Shown in pieces: positions 34,972 through 43,600 of a stretch of DNA of 64,000 nt. Source of the DNA: a virus (Duplodnaviria; Caudoviricetes); IMG/VR virus record IMGVR_UViG_3300037467_001298, positions 4,174 to 68,173 of that record, one strand, 5' to 3'. Numbering within the stretch: position 1 is the first letter of the stretch; each line of letters opens with the position of its first letter. The notes below the pieces were generated by a model. The model made no database searches. It worked only from the letters and a program-made list of their open reading frames with translations, and was not told the DNA's origin. A program made the translations under genes and the position numbers.

Positions 34972-35325
34972 GTGGCTAATCGTCGTCGTAATGCTTTAGT
35001 TGTTCCAGGTGTTGACCAATACTTGAATCAATTTAAACTTGAAATTGCTAAGGAACTTGGTATTCAAGATTACGATAATATAGATAAAGGCGCTTTACCT
35101 GCTCGTGTACATGGTATGATTGGTGGTACAATGACTAAACGCTTGATTGAAATGGGACAACAGATGTTAGCTGGACAAGATACAACGCAGTCCAATTTGA
35201 AACCACAAGAATATGTTCAGCAAATGCAAGAAGAAATTACTGATGAGGCACAAAATGCTTATGCTAAAGCACCTGTTGTTCCTATTCCTGGTGAGATAGT
35301 TGAAACACAATCTACGCTGCATTAA
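34972..35325 (+). CDS. alpha/beta-type small acid-soluble spore protein with C-terminal extension
   Basis: NALVVPGVDQYLNQFKLEIAKELG...LPARVHGMIGGTMTKRLIEMGQQML SASP signature; GTG start. Confidence 0.9.
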   Translation: MANRRRNALVVPGVDQYLNQFKLEIAKELGIQDYDNIDKGALPARVHGMIGGTMTKRLIEMGQQMLAGQDTTQSNLKPQEYVQQMQEEITDEAQNAYAKAPVVPIPGEIVETQSTLH

Positions 35326-35385
35326 AGGTTTTAGTGAAATGGGAGGTGGGATTATTCCTGCCTTCCTTAATATAAGGAGGGTTAT

Positions 35386-35517
35386 ATGACAAGTAAGAAG
35401 ATTATAATGTGGGTAGCATTATTTCATGCTATTAGTGGGACCTTAGCAACAATATCATTAATTATACAAACAAAACAAATAATAAAATCAATTAAAACAT
35501 ATTCTGGACGACACTAG
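35386..35517 (+). CDS. 43 aa membrane micro-protein
   Basis: AAGGAGG RBS; IIMWVALFHAISGTLATISLII. Confidence 0.6.
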   Translation: MTSKKIIMWVALFHAISGTLATISLIIQTKQIIKSIKTYSGRH

Positions 35518-35648
35518 AGGAATGATTATTTTTTTTATGAATAATATATAATTAAATTTTTAAAAAGGACTAGAAGACAATTTTGCCCTCTAGTCAAAAG
35601 GAGAAATAATTATGGTGGGAGTTAAACTCCCATAATAGAAAGGGGAGA

Positions 35649-36077
35649 CTATTCATCTCCCAAGTATTTTTTAACATCAGCTTCGAATTTATCTAATGCT
35701 TCTTCAGTCATATATTTTTGAAGAATCCAAATAGGATACTCCATATCGTGAATACCAAATCCAGGCTGTCTGTGATGCTTCTCGCATAGTACCATCATTT
35801 GGTCTAAATCATCAACAGATGTAACATTAGGAAAATCCTTTTTAACTTTATCCCAATCTACTTCAGTTGATGCTGAATACTCAATAATATTATGATGTAC
35901 TTCCAAGTGACCTTCACATCTGCCGTTGTTAATAAAACATGGAACATTGTGTTGATGAAGGTATTTTTTAGATTGTCTAAATTCAGCTGATTCAGTACGT
36001 TTATCATGAGCTTCGTAGTGAGCCACCTCAACTAAACGTTTTACATCTGAATGAGCAGGTATAACTTTTTTATCCAT
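35649..36077 (-). CDS. HNH-like endonuclease
   Basis: C....GRC, LEVHH, VLCEKHH, GIH; AGGAG RBS before ATG 36077. Confidence 0.7.
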   Translation of the reverse strand: MDKKVIPAHSDVKRLVEVAHYEAHDKRTESAEFRQSKKYLHQHNVPCFINNGRCEGHLEVHHNIIEYSASTEVDWDKVKKDFPNVTSVDDLDQMMVLCEKHHRQPGFGIHDMEYPIWILQKYMTEEALDKFEADVKKYLGDE

Positions 36078-36089
36078 TTGTAACACTCC

Positions 36090-37067
36090 TTATTGTAAGC
36101 CTAATGCTTGATAAAGTTTTTCTTGACCTTTGTCTTTTAAGTAAGATTCAGTTGTTGAAATATCAGAGTGGTTTGCTAATACCTTCAACATATTAATATC
36201 AAGTTTATCTACACCGATTTCTCTTAATACATAGTGAGTTCCCTCACCATAGTTTTCAAGTGCAGAGTGACGCAATGAGTGAGGATTAAAGTCTATTTCC
36301 TCTTTAAATAATTCTTTTGCAATATCACGGAAAGTCATTACCCAATTGTATAAAGTCTCATACGAAGCAGGTTTTTTATTTTCACCTTTACCTGTTATCC
36401 ACATTGAGTCAATATTGTCTTCACCACGTTGTTTAAAATAAAGTTTTGCAATTTCTTTTGATTTACCAAAGTATAATAATGGAAACTTCTTACCGCGCTT
36501 CCCCTGCACAATATTTGTTTTATTGTCGTCCAGAAAATTATGTTTTAATACTTGGTGAACTTCATTCCTTCTGCCAGCGGATTCGTATGATAATGACAAA
36601 TATAATGCACGTTGATATTTTTCGTTCTGGACGAGGTAATCTAAGATGCCCTCAATTTGTTCATTTGTCAAGAAATGAATTTCTCTAACTTTTTCTTTTT
36701 GTAAACCTTTGATATTTCTCATTATATTAATCTCATATTCATCATACTCATCATCGTCTTGAGTACAAAATTCGAGTAAGTTTCTAATTGAACACTGCAT
36801 ACGGTTAATACGAGCAGGTGATTTTTCTTCTAAAAACAAGAAAAATTTACGGAAGTCCCTTTTCTTTAATTCAAGAATTGGTTTGTTTTTTAAATTGTCG
36901 TGGGCCCAACATAAAAATGCTTTTATATCTGCTGTATATTGATAAATGGTACCATCAGATTTTTTCTTAGACTTTAATTCAAGTATATAATCATTAAGTA
37001 TATTTTTATTATCCTCATTTACATTCAGCCATGTTTGATTGCTATACATCTGAATTCTTTTTGACAT
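36090..37067 (-). CDS. tyrosine recombinase (Xer/integrase family)
   Basis: SAGRRNEV, GKRGK, HSLRH, NHSDISTTESY catalytic residues; N-terminal core-binding domain. Confidence 0.92.
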   Translation of the reverse strand: MSKRIQMYSNQTWLNVNEDNKNILNDYILELKSKKKSDGTIYQYTADIKAFLCWAHDNLKNKPILELKKRDFRKFFLFLEEKSPARINRMQCSIRNLLEFCTQDDDEYDEYEINIMRNIKGLQKEKVREIHFLTNEQIEGILDYLVQNEKYQRALYLSLSYESAGRRNEVHQVLKHNFLDDNKTNIVQGKRGKKFPLLYFGKSKEIAKLYFKQRGEDNIDSMWITGKGENKKPASYETLYNWVMTFRDIAKELFKEEIDFNPHSLRHSALENYGEGTHYVLREIGVDKLDINMLKVLANHSDISTTESYLKDKGQEKLYQALGLQ

Positions 37068-37083
37068 AACTATTATCTCCTAA

Positions 37084-37107
37084 CTAAAAGAGACCCGAAG
37101 GTCTCCC
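37084..37107 (-). terminator. intrinsic terminator, UUCG loop
   Basis: Minus strand GGGAGACC-TTCG-GGTCTC-TTTT. Confidence 0.75.
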
Positions 37108-37111
37108 ATTT

Positions 37112-37399
37112 TTATCTAATTCTAATATTTTGTCCGTTTACTAACTTTACATAGACATTGTTAAAACTATTTAGTAATAATATTTTTTGAACACCAACAC
37201 CGTGAGTGAATGAAAGTGATTGGATTGTGTCTCCTTCATGCACTTCAATTACTCCTTCAGGCAATGATGGTGGATAATATACAACGGGTTCAATAACTGG
37301 TTCAACAATAATTGGGGCTTGTTCCTCTACAGGTTGCTCAACAATTGTTTCCTCTACTTGTTGTTCTTGAACATCATTAACTACATTCTTTTTAGCCAT
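37112..37399 (-). CDS. small LysM-domain protein
   Basis: VHEGDTIQSLS..HGVGVQKILLLN....KLVNGQNIRI. Confidence 0.75.
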   Translation of the reverse strand: MAKKNVVNDVQEQQVEETIVEQPVEEQAPIIVEPVIEPVVYYPPSLPEGVIEVHEGDTIQSLSFTHGVGVQKILLLNSFNNVYVKLVNGQNIRIR

Positions 37400-37401
37400 T
37401 T

Positions 37402-39036
37402 TTATTTACCTCCAAAAAATTTTGACAAGAAATCAATTATTGCTTGCATTAGTTTATTCAATAAACCAACATTAATTTTCTCATCAGTATTTGTAGCAGG
37501 TGTTGGTTGAACAGTAATTACTGGTACTTCAACAGAAGGTTGAGGTTTTTCAATAACAATTGGTTGCTCAACTACAACTGGAGGAACATATGCTAACACT
37601 TTATTAAATAATGCCAAAATATCTTCACCATAGTGACTATTAGCTGCCCAGTTATTATTAAGATCCTCCCAATGAGGAGCAATGCCTAATTTTCCTCCAC
37701 TAACAAGATATTTATAACGTGTATCAATAACCTTATTAGGGTCTAACTGTTCTTTAACAGCATAACCATATAAATGTTGAATCTGTACTTCGACGCCTTC
37801 TGTGATAGTTGCAAATGAACTTCCTTTTAAACCTTTTTGTGTTACTCCATGTCCACAATAATTATGTTGGTCGGGAGTGACTGCCGTGCCTAAATCAAAT
37901 AGGAAATAATGAGTCTCTAAAACAGATTGAGTAAATGCTATATCTCCACGGACGCCATATTTATCTCCAACTTCTAAAAATGCTTTAGCAATAGCCTCAA
38001 GATCCGCAAAATCAGGATTTTGGGTTTTAACAAAACCTACCATTTGCTCAACAGTTGCAACCGATTTTCCAAGGATATCATGATGACCCGTATGGTCAAT
38101 TACAGGAACAGTAGGTACAGCAGCGGGCGGTGCTGGAGCAGGCTGCGGTATTGGTTGAGTTGATATAACAGGTTGCGGTGTATAAACATTATTACCACTT
38201 GAATCGAATACGCTGTAACCCAGATTTTTATCTGCAGTAGCTTTTGCATTATCTAAATCTCCGAATGCTCCGATTTGTGAAGTTGCGTCAGTCCAAGATT
38301 TCCTTACACGATATAGTTGAGCTGTAGCAGGTTGAGGTGCTGCAACAGTAGGATATGCTTGATTTCCATTGTTATCAAATGCGATATAACCAGGATGAGA
38401 ATCAACAACTGCTTTTGCATTTAATAGATCTCCAAATGCGCCAATTTGAGATGTAGCATCTGCCCATGTCTTTCTTACACGGTAAAGTGTAGTAGGTGCA
38501 GTAACTGGATGTGCTTCAGCTTCTTGTTTGTTCCATTCTGCTTCTAGATTTACAATGTGTTGTGCCCAGCTAATTCCATGGGAAGCAAGATGTCCAATAG
38601 GATCTGTGTGAGTAGAACCACCGTATTTAGCCGCGATATCTTTGTGACTATAAACCGTTTGTTTATCAATAACCTTTTGATTTTTTTGACGAAGTAACCA
38701 AATTGTTAACCATACATAACGGTCATAAGCATTTTTAAAACGAGTTGGGTCTGAAAATTCACAAAGTTCAATTTGTACTACACCATACTTATTACCATTT
38801 CCACAACCATAACATAAATAATTAATATCAGCAACTTGAATAATTGAAATATCATCAACAAAATAATGGACGAAAGCATCATTAAAATGTGATGCTTCAT
38901 AAGTACGTTCTGCGGCCGCTGTTGCATTAGGTGTAGCAGTTGAGTGATTTACTACTGCATTCCATGCTCCAACGCCATTAATATATGGTGTTTTAGGTAA
39001 TCCTGGGATAAGATTAACTGTAATAGGATAACTCAT
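37402..39036 (-). CDS. endolysin: Amidase_2 + two wall-binding repeats + glucosaminidase domain
   Basis: NHSTATP, FVHYFVD, IELC, HKD...HTDP amidase; repeats LYRVRK.WADATSQIGAF; QSVLETHY, HNYCG, EGVEVQIQHLYGYA, WAANSHYG glucosaminidase. Confidence 0.92.
   Translation of the reverse strand: MSYPITVNLIPGLPKTPYINGVGAWNAVVNHSTATPNATAAAERTYEASHFNDAFVHYFVDDISIIQVADINYLCYGCGNGNKYGVVQIELCEFSDPTRFKNAYDRYVWLTIWLLRQKNQKVIDKQTVYSHKDIAAKYGGSTHTDPIGHLASHGISWAQHIVNLEAEWNKQEAEAHPVTAPTTLYRVRKTWADATSQIGAFGDLLNAKAVVDSHPGYIAFDNNGNQAYPTVAAPQPATAQLYRVRKSWTDATSQIGAFGDLDNAKATADKNLGYSVFDSSGNNVYTPQPVISTQPIPQPAPAPPAAVPTVPVIDHTGHHDILGKSVATVEQMVGFVKTQNPDFADLEAIAKAFLEVGDKYGVRGDIAFTQSVLETHYFLFDLGTAVTPDQHNYCGHGVTQKGLKGSSFATITEGVEVQIQHLYGYAVKEQLDPNKVIDTRYKYLVSGGKLGIAPHWEDLNNNWAANSHYGEDILALFNKVLAYVPPVVVEQPIVIEKPQPSVEVPVITVQPTPATNTDEKINVGLLNKLMQAIIDFLSKFFGGK
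38180..38492 (-). repeat. two ~50 aa tandem cell-wall-binding repeats in the endolysin
   Basis: LYRVRKTWADATSQIGAFGDLLNAKA / LYRVRKSWTDATSQIGAFGDLDNAKA; coordinates approximate. Confidence 0.8.
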
Positions 39037-39090
39037 TATTATTCCTCCTTTAAATTAGTTGGGGAATCAAGGACTCCCCTCATATTATTT

Positions 39091-39369
39091 CTATGGAGTC
39101 TCGATTTTTTCTGTCTCTACTTTAACAGTGTTTTCAGCGGCATCAACAGCACTTGTTACTACTTCTTTTGCAATATCTACAACTTGTTTTTTATCATGTG
39201 TTTTCCAAACACCATATAAACCAATAAGTGTAAATACTACTGTAAGTGCAGCATCTAAAGCACCTTTTAGAGTTTCAATCTGCGCGGTGGAAAGTCCTAA
39301 CAAATTTCCAATACCCAAAGCAAGAACGCCAACGACAGGTACAAGCATACTTTTCCAATCTTTGCCCAT
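39091..39369 (-). CDS. probable holin
   Basis: Two hydrophobic segments, C-terminal GVWKTH, directly upstream of the endolysin. Confidence 0.7.
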   Translation of the reverse strand: MGKDWKSMLVPVVGVLALGIGNLLGLSTAQIETLKGALDAALTVVFTLIGLYGVWKTHDKKQVVDIAKEVVTSAVDAAENTVKVETEKIETP

Positions 39370-39371
39370 TG

Positions 39372-39608
39372 TCAATCCTCCATATTCTTATCTAGCGTAA
39401 CTTCAATTCTTTCTATACGCTCTGTAAGTTTTTCTTGATTTGTTGCGAGTTTCTCAAATGACGAAGTTAACTCACCTAATATATCTTGTTGTTTCAATAG
39501 GAAGTCGTTTTGTGACTTTTTTTCTTGCTGTTGTATGTACAATAAGTACACAAATAAACAGAAAAATACAGTTTCCTTTGTCATTAAAGCGTTAATTAGA
39601 GCTTCCAC
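39372..39608 (-). CDS. BhlA/UviB-like holin
   Basis: ETVFFCLFVYLLYIQQQE.K.....L..Q coiled-coil pattern; GTG start. Confidence 0.8.
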   Translation of the reverse strand: MEALINALMTKETVFFCLFVYLLYIQQQEKKSQNDFLLKQQDILGELTSSFEKLATNQEKLTERIERIEVTLDKNMED

Positions 39609-39633
39609 ACTCTTTTCCCTCCCAACTTTTACA

Positions 39634-39651
39634 ATAAAATCAATGTTTTAT
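39634..39651. promoter_or_regulatory. palindromic motif (copy 3, one mismatch)
   Basis: TTTTACA-ATAAAAT-CAAT-GTTTTAT upstream of the holin genes. Confidence 0.5.
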
Positions 39652-39656
39652 ACACT

Positions 39657-39687
39657 AAAAAAGGAATGACGGTATTTCCGTCATCCC
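39657..39687 (-). terminator. intrinsic terminator
   Basis: Minus strand GGATGACGG-AAATA-CCGTCATTCC-TTTTTT. Confidence 0.75.
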
Positions 39688-39703
39688 TCTCAATTAAATT
39701 ATA

Positions 39704-40000
39704 TTATTCGGCCTTTTCGCCAGTAGCTTGTAATTGTAGGATACGATTCTCTAAAGCAATAGCATATTGAGACATATCTTCAAGGTTTGTTTTAATAACA
39801 ATTAACTCATCATGAAGTTGGTTTATCTTTTGTTGTTGGAAAATAATAATATTTTGAGGATTTGGATTCTCAAGAATTTGTTGAATGTTCGTTTTTTGTT
39901 GTGGTGGTGCAGCTTCAACAGTTTTTTCCTCAACTGGTTTTTTAACCTGCTCAACCTTGTTTACTTGTTGTGGTTTATTATTGTGATTACGTTTAGTCAT
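39704..40000 (-). CDS. hypothetical coiled-coil protein
   Basis: GGAGG RBS before ATG 40000. Confidence 0.7.
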   Translation of the reverse strand: MTKRNHNNKPQQVNKVEQVKKPVEEKTVEAAPPQQKTNIQQILENPNPQNIIIFQQQKINQLHDELIVIKTNLEDMSQYAIALENRILQLQATGEKAE

Positions 40001-40092
40001 AATTATTTCCTCCGAATTATCTATATTTTGTAATTGAATTACATAAATATTATATATAGAAAAAATATAATTGTAAACTAAAAATATAAAAA

Positions 40093-40650
40093 TTAAATCA
40101 TTATTCCCCAAGAAATTGAATTAATTTCGTTATCTGTCTGTGCTTTGTATAACTTATTTAGTAAAAGGTCATTATATTTAGCAGTTACATCACACTTATG
40201 ATGAAATTGTGCTAATTGCATAGACTCAAAATCACTTAATGTGAGATTTAGTCTCACTCTATTTCCATTTGGGTCATAAGCTGTCCAAGGAATAAAAGGT
40301 ACAATTCCTTTTTCTAAAAGTGGTTTTCCACCTTGAAAGTTTAATTGTGCTTCTATATCGAAACTAAAACGATACTGCACACCATCTTTAATGTATTGAT
40401 ACCCATAAGCGAGGTCATCAGCGCAAGATAATTCAAGTTCCTTTTGTTTTGCTTTACGAAGATTTACTATCCTTTGTTCTTCTGTAACAGTAATACCAGA
40501 TTTTTCAATCCACATGCCGTCCATTAATTCTTGCATGGACGGCTGTATGGATTTACTATTCCACTTGCTGATAAAGGTACCATCCCCATTATCAGCAAGT
40601 TCAAACTCCGCATCAGGATATTTTGACTTTATATAACTTTGTAAATCCAT
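40093..40650 (-). CDS. tail-fibre assembly/chaperone-like protein (DUF4376/XkdW-like)
   Basis: Follows the fibre gene; YPDAEF...WN...QPS N-terminus, RFSFD.EAQLNF C-terminus. Confidence 0.65.
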   Translation of the reverse strand: MDLQSYIKSKYPDAEFELADNGDGTFISKWNSKSIQPSMQELMDGMWIEKSGITVTEEQRIVNLRKAKQKELELSCADDLAYGYQYIKDGVQYRFSFDIEAQLNFQGGKPLLEKGIVPFIPWTAYDPNGNRVRLNLTLSDFESMQLAQFHHKCDVTAKYNDLLLNKLYKAQTDNEINSISWGIMI

Positions 40651-40668
40651 TGGTGTTTACTCCCTTCT

Positions 40669-43600
40669 CTAATACTTAATCATAAAGTTGAACGAGATGT
40701 ATGGTTGTAAGTTATTATGAGCTCCACCGCCGCCAGCTGCGTCTTCTGTAACCTGTGTTACGCCACCACCTGTTGTCCATCCTGTTAATAGGTAGTCACC
40801 TGTTGACCCACTACCCATAGACATGGAGGCGCCTCCAAATTTGATATTGTGGCTGTGAGACGGCATTTCAGTAGTTGACAAAGTATGAGTTTTTTCTCCA
40901 CCAGTTTTACCAAGTGAACTGAATTCAGTTTGGTTAACGTCAGTACCAACAGGAACACGTCCACCCATATTTGGTAGGTTGAATGTTGTCGAACCATCAC
41001 CTGTACCATAGGTAGTTCCAATTGCACTATACAAAGCTGAGTATGTTGTTCTTGATACGGCTTGACCTTGGCACCATAACCAACCAGATGGTAAACTACC
41101 GCCAGCAAACATTGTAATAGCACCAGCAGGAATAGCATCTGCACCAGCAGCGATACCGTCTAATTTTGATTTATCAGCAGCACTCATTGCACCATCAGCA
41201 GATGCTGTGGCATTAGCAATATCAAATGTTACTTTATCATTTGTCGTATCAGCAGTAATAGTAATAGGAGCAGTTGCTACAAGTGTTAATGAATCAGTAG
41301 CAGTATCTGCTGCAATAGTAGAAGAACCTACCACAATATTGCTAAATGCATTTTGGTTCGTATAATAGGAACCACTTTGTCCGTCAAGCAAATCTGCATT
41401 AAGATTAGTTACAAGAGTTGTTGATGCAACAGTTAATGGAGCAGTTCCTGTTGCTACAGTTGAGTGGAAAGTATTACCATAATAGTCACCAGCATCTGTT
41501 ATATAAGCATTGGTTGAACCTGCTGTATTTGTAAAACCAATGTTTCCTGCACTACTTAAGTAAACACTTCTTGAATAGGTGGCTGCTGCTGTACCGTTCC
41601 AATAGCTACTCTTAAATTGCATTAATTCAGAGTTATAGTTTGCTGAACTTGTCGCAGTTCCTTGTGCATTCATTGTAGCTGAGTTATAAAATGACGCTGT
41701 ACCGTTTACTGTTAAACCGGCGAAAGTTACGCTGTTTGTTGTTTGTAAGCTTTGATTAAAACTGTAACCATCTACCATATCAGCATTTAAATTAGTTACC
41801 TTTGTTGTAGATGTTACTGTAAATGGAGCAGTTCCTGTTGCAACGCTAGAAATAAGAACGGGTGCAGTAATATTGCCTGTAAAAGTTTGACCAGTTACAT
41901 TGGCATATCTTGCATCTCCCCATGTAGTATCAAATGACAATGTTAGGTTACCACTTAAAGCACCGCCACCAGTTAAACCTGTACTAGTTGATACCGTACG
42001 AGCAGTTGTAACAGCATCAGTAATACCATAACCTGAAACCGTAGTCGGCTTACCAGTCGTGATTTTTGACCAGTCTAATGATGGAATATCTGCAGCAACA
42101 AGTGCAGTATTTACCCAAGCAGTTCCGTTATACCTTAAGAAGTTTCCTGAAGCAGCAGATGTAATAGTTGTATCAGTTAATGATGTTATCGACTTGTAAG
42201 TATCAGTTACAGTCAAAGTTACGTTGGCTGAACCATCAAGTGATACAGAACCGCTCACATCACCGCCAAGAGTAATCGTTCTTGCAGTAGCCCATTTAGA
42301 AGCAGTACTTGCATTGCCTGTAAGAGAACCCGTAATAGTCCCAGTTACTGTTAATTTTCCAGAGATATTAGTATCACCAGTAGCACCGTCTACAAGGAAT
42401 TTTTGAGTTGTTCCAGCATCAGAATAAATATAAAAATCAGCAGCATTTTCTAACTTTACATTTCCTGAACCATCAATCAAGAAATTATCTTTTGATGTGT
42501 CACCGTCAGTAACAACAAAAGCATTAGATGTGCCCGAGTTTTTAATTTGTACGCCGTTACCAGCACCACGAGAATTAACATAAAAAGCATAAGTTCCAGA
42601 ATCATTATATAAGTCATATGACATTTTACCACGAGTATTAGTAACAATATCTCTTGTATCTGTCACATTTCCAGCAGGAATTAGCCCTGAAGCAGGAACA
42701 ATAACAGTAGCCAAATCAGCATAATCACCAGTTGGTGCAGTGGAAGAGGCAGTTATAACTCCTGATGTATTGACATAAATATATTGAGTTGTACTTGCAG
42801 TTAATGTTAAATTTGTACTAACAGGTGTATATCTTACTCCTCCAACATAAACAGTACCGGCTGCAACAGTAACCATTAGGTTAGTTGTTGTAGAGGCGGT
42901 TGTAGTTAAACCAGTTGAAACGAAATTATCAATGGTTTCATTTCTAACCGTATTTATTTCAGATTTAGTATAAGCATCTGTAATACCATAACCACTAATT
43001 GTTGTAGGATTGGTTCCTCCAGTAACAAGACCTTTTGCATTAACGGTTACAGACCTGTAAGTACCAGCGGTAACACCAGAGTTTGCAAGTGTTGTTGCAA
43101 TTGATATATTTGCAGAACCATCAAAAGTTACAGCAGAAGCAGTAGTATCACCAGTTAAAGTGATTGTGCGTCCTGTTTGTAATTTTGTTGCAGTAGCAGC
43201 ATTTCCAGTAACTGAAGCAGGTAAATTACCACTTGCATCCAAATATAACAATTTATTTGCGGTAGCCGTTGTAACAGCTGCTGATGTATTAATACCATCA
43301 GTTATTCCATAACCACTTAATGTAGTTGGTTTACCAGTTGTAATTTTAGACCAGTCGAGTGAAGGAATATCTCCTGCTACCAATGCTGTATTCAACCAAC
43401 TTGTACCATTATATCGTAGGAAATTTCCTGTTCCTGGTGAGGTTATAGTAGTATCAGTTAGTGAAGAAAGAGATTTATAATTATTTGTTAATGTAAGAGT
43501 TGCATTTGCAGAACCGTCTAAAGAAACAGAACCAGAAGCATCTCCAGCCAAACTAATTGTACGAGCCGTTGCCCATTTACTCGCTGTGGCTGCATTACCA

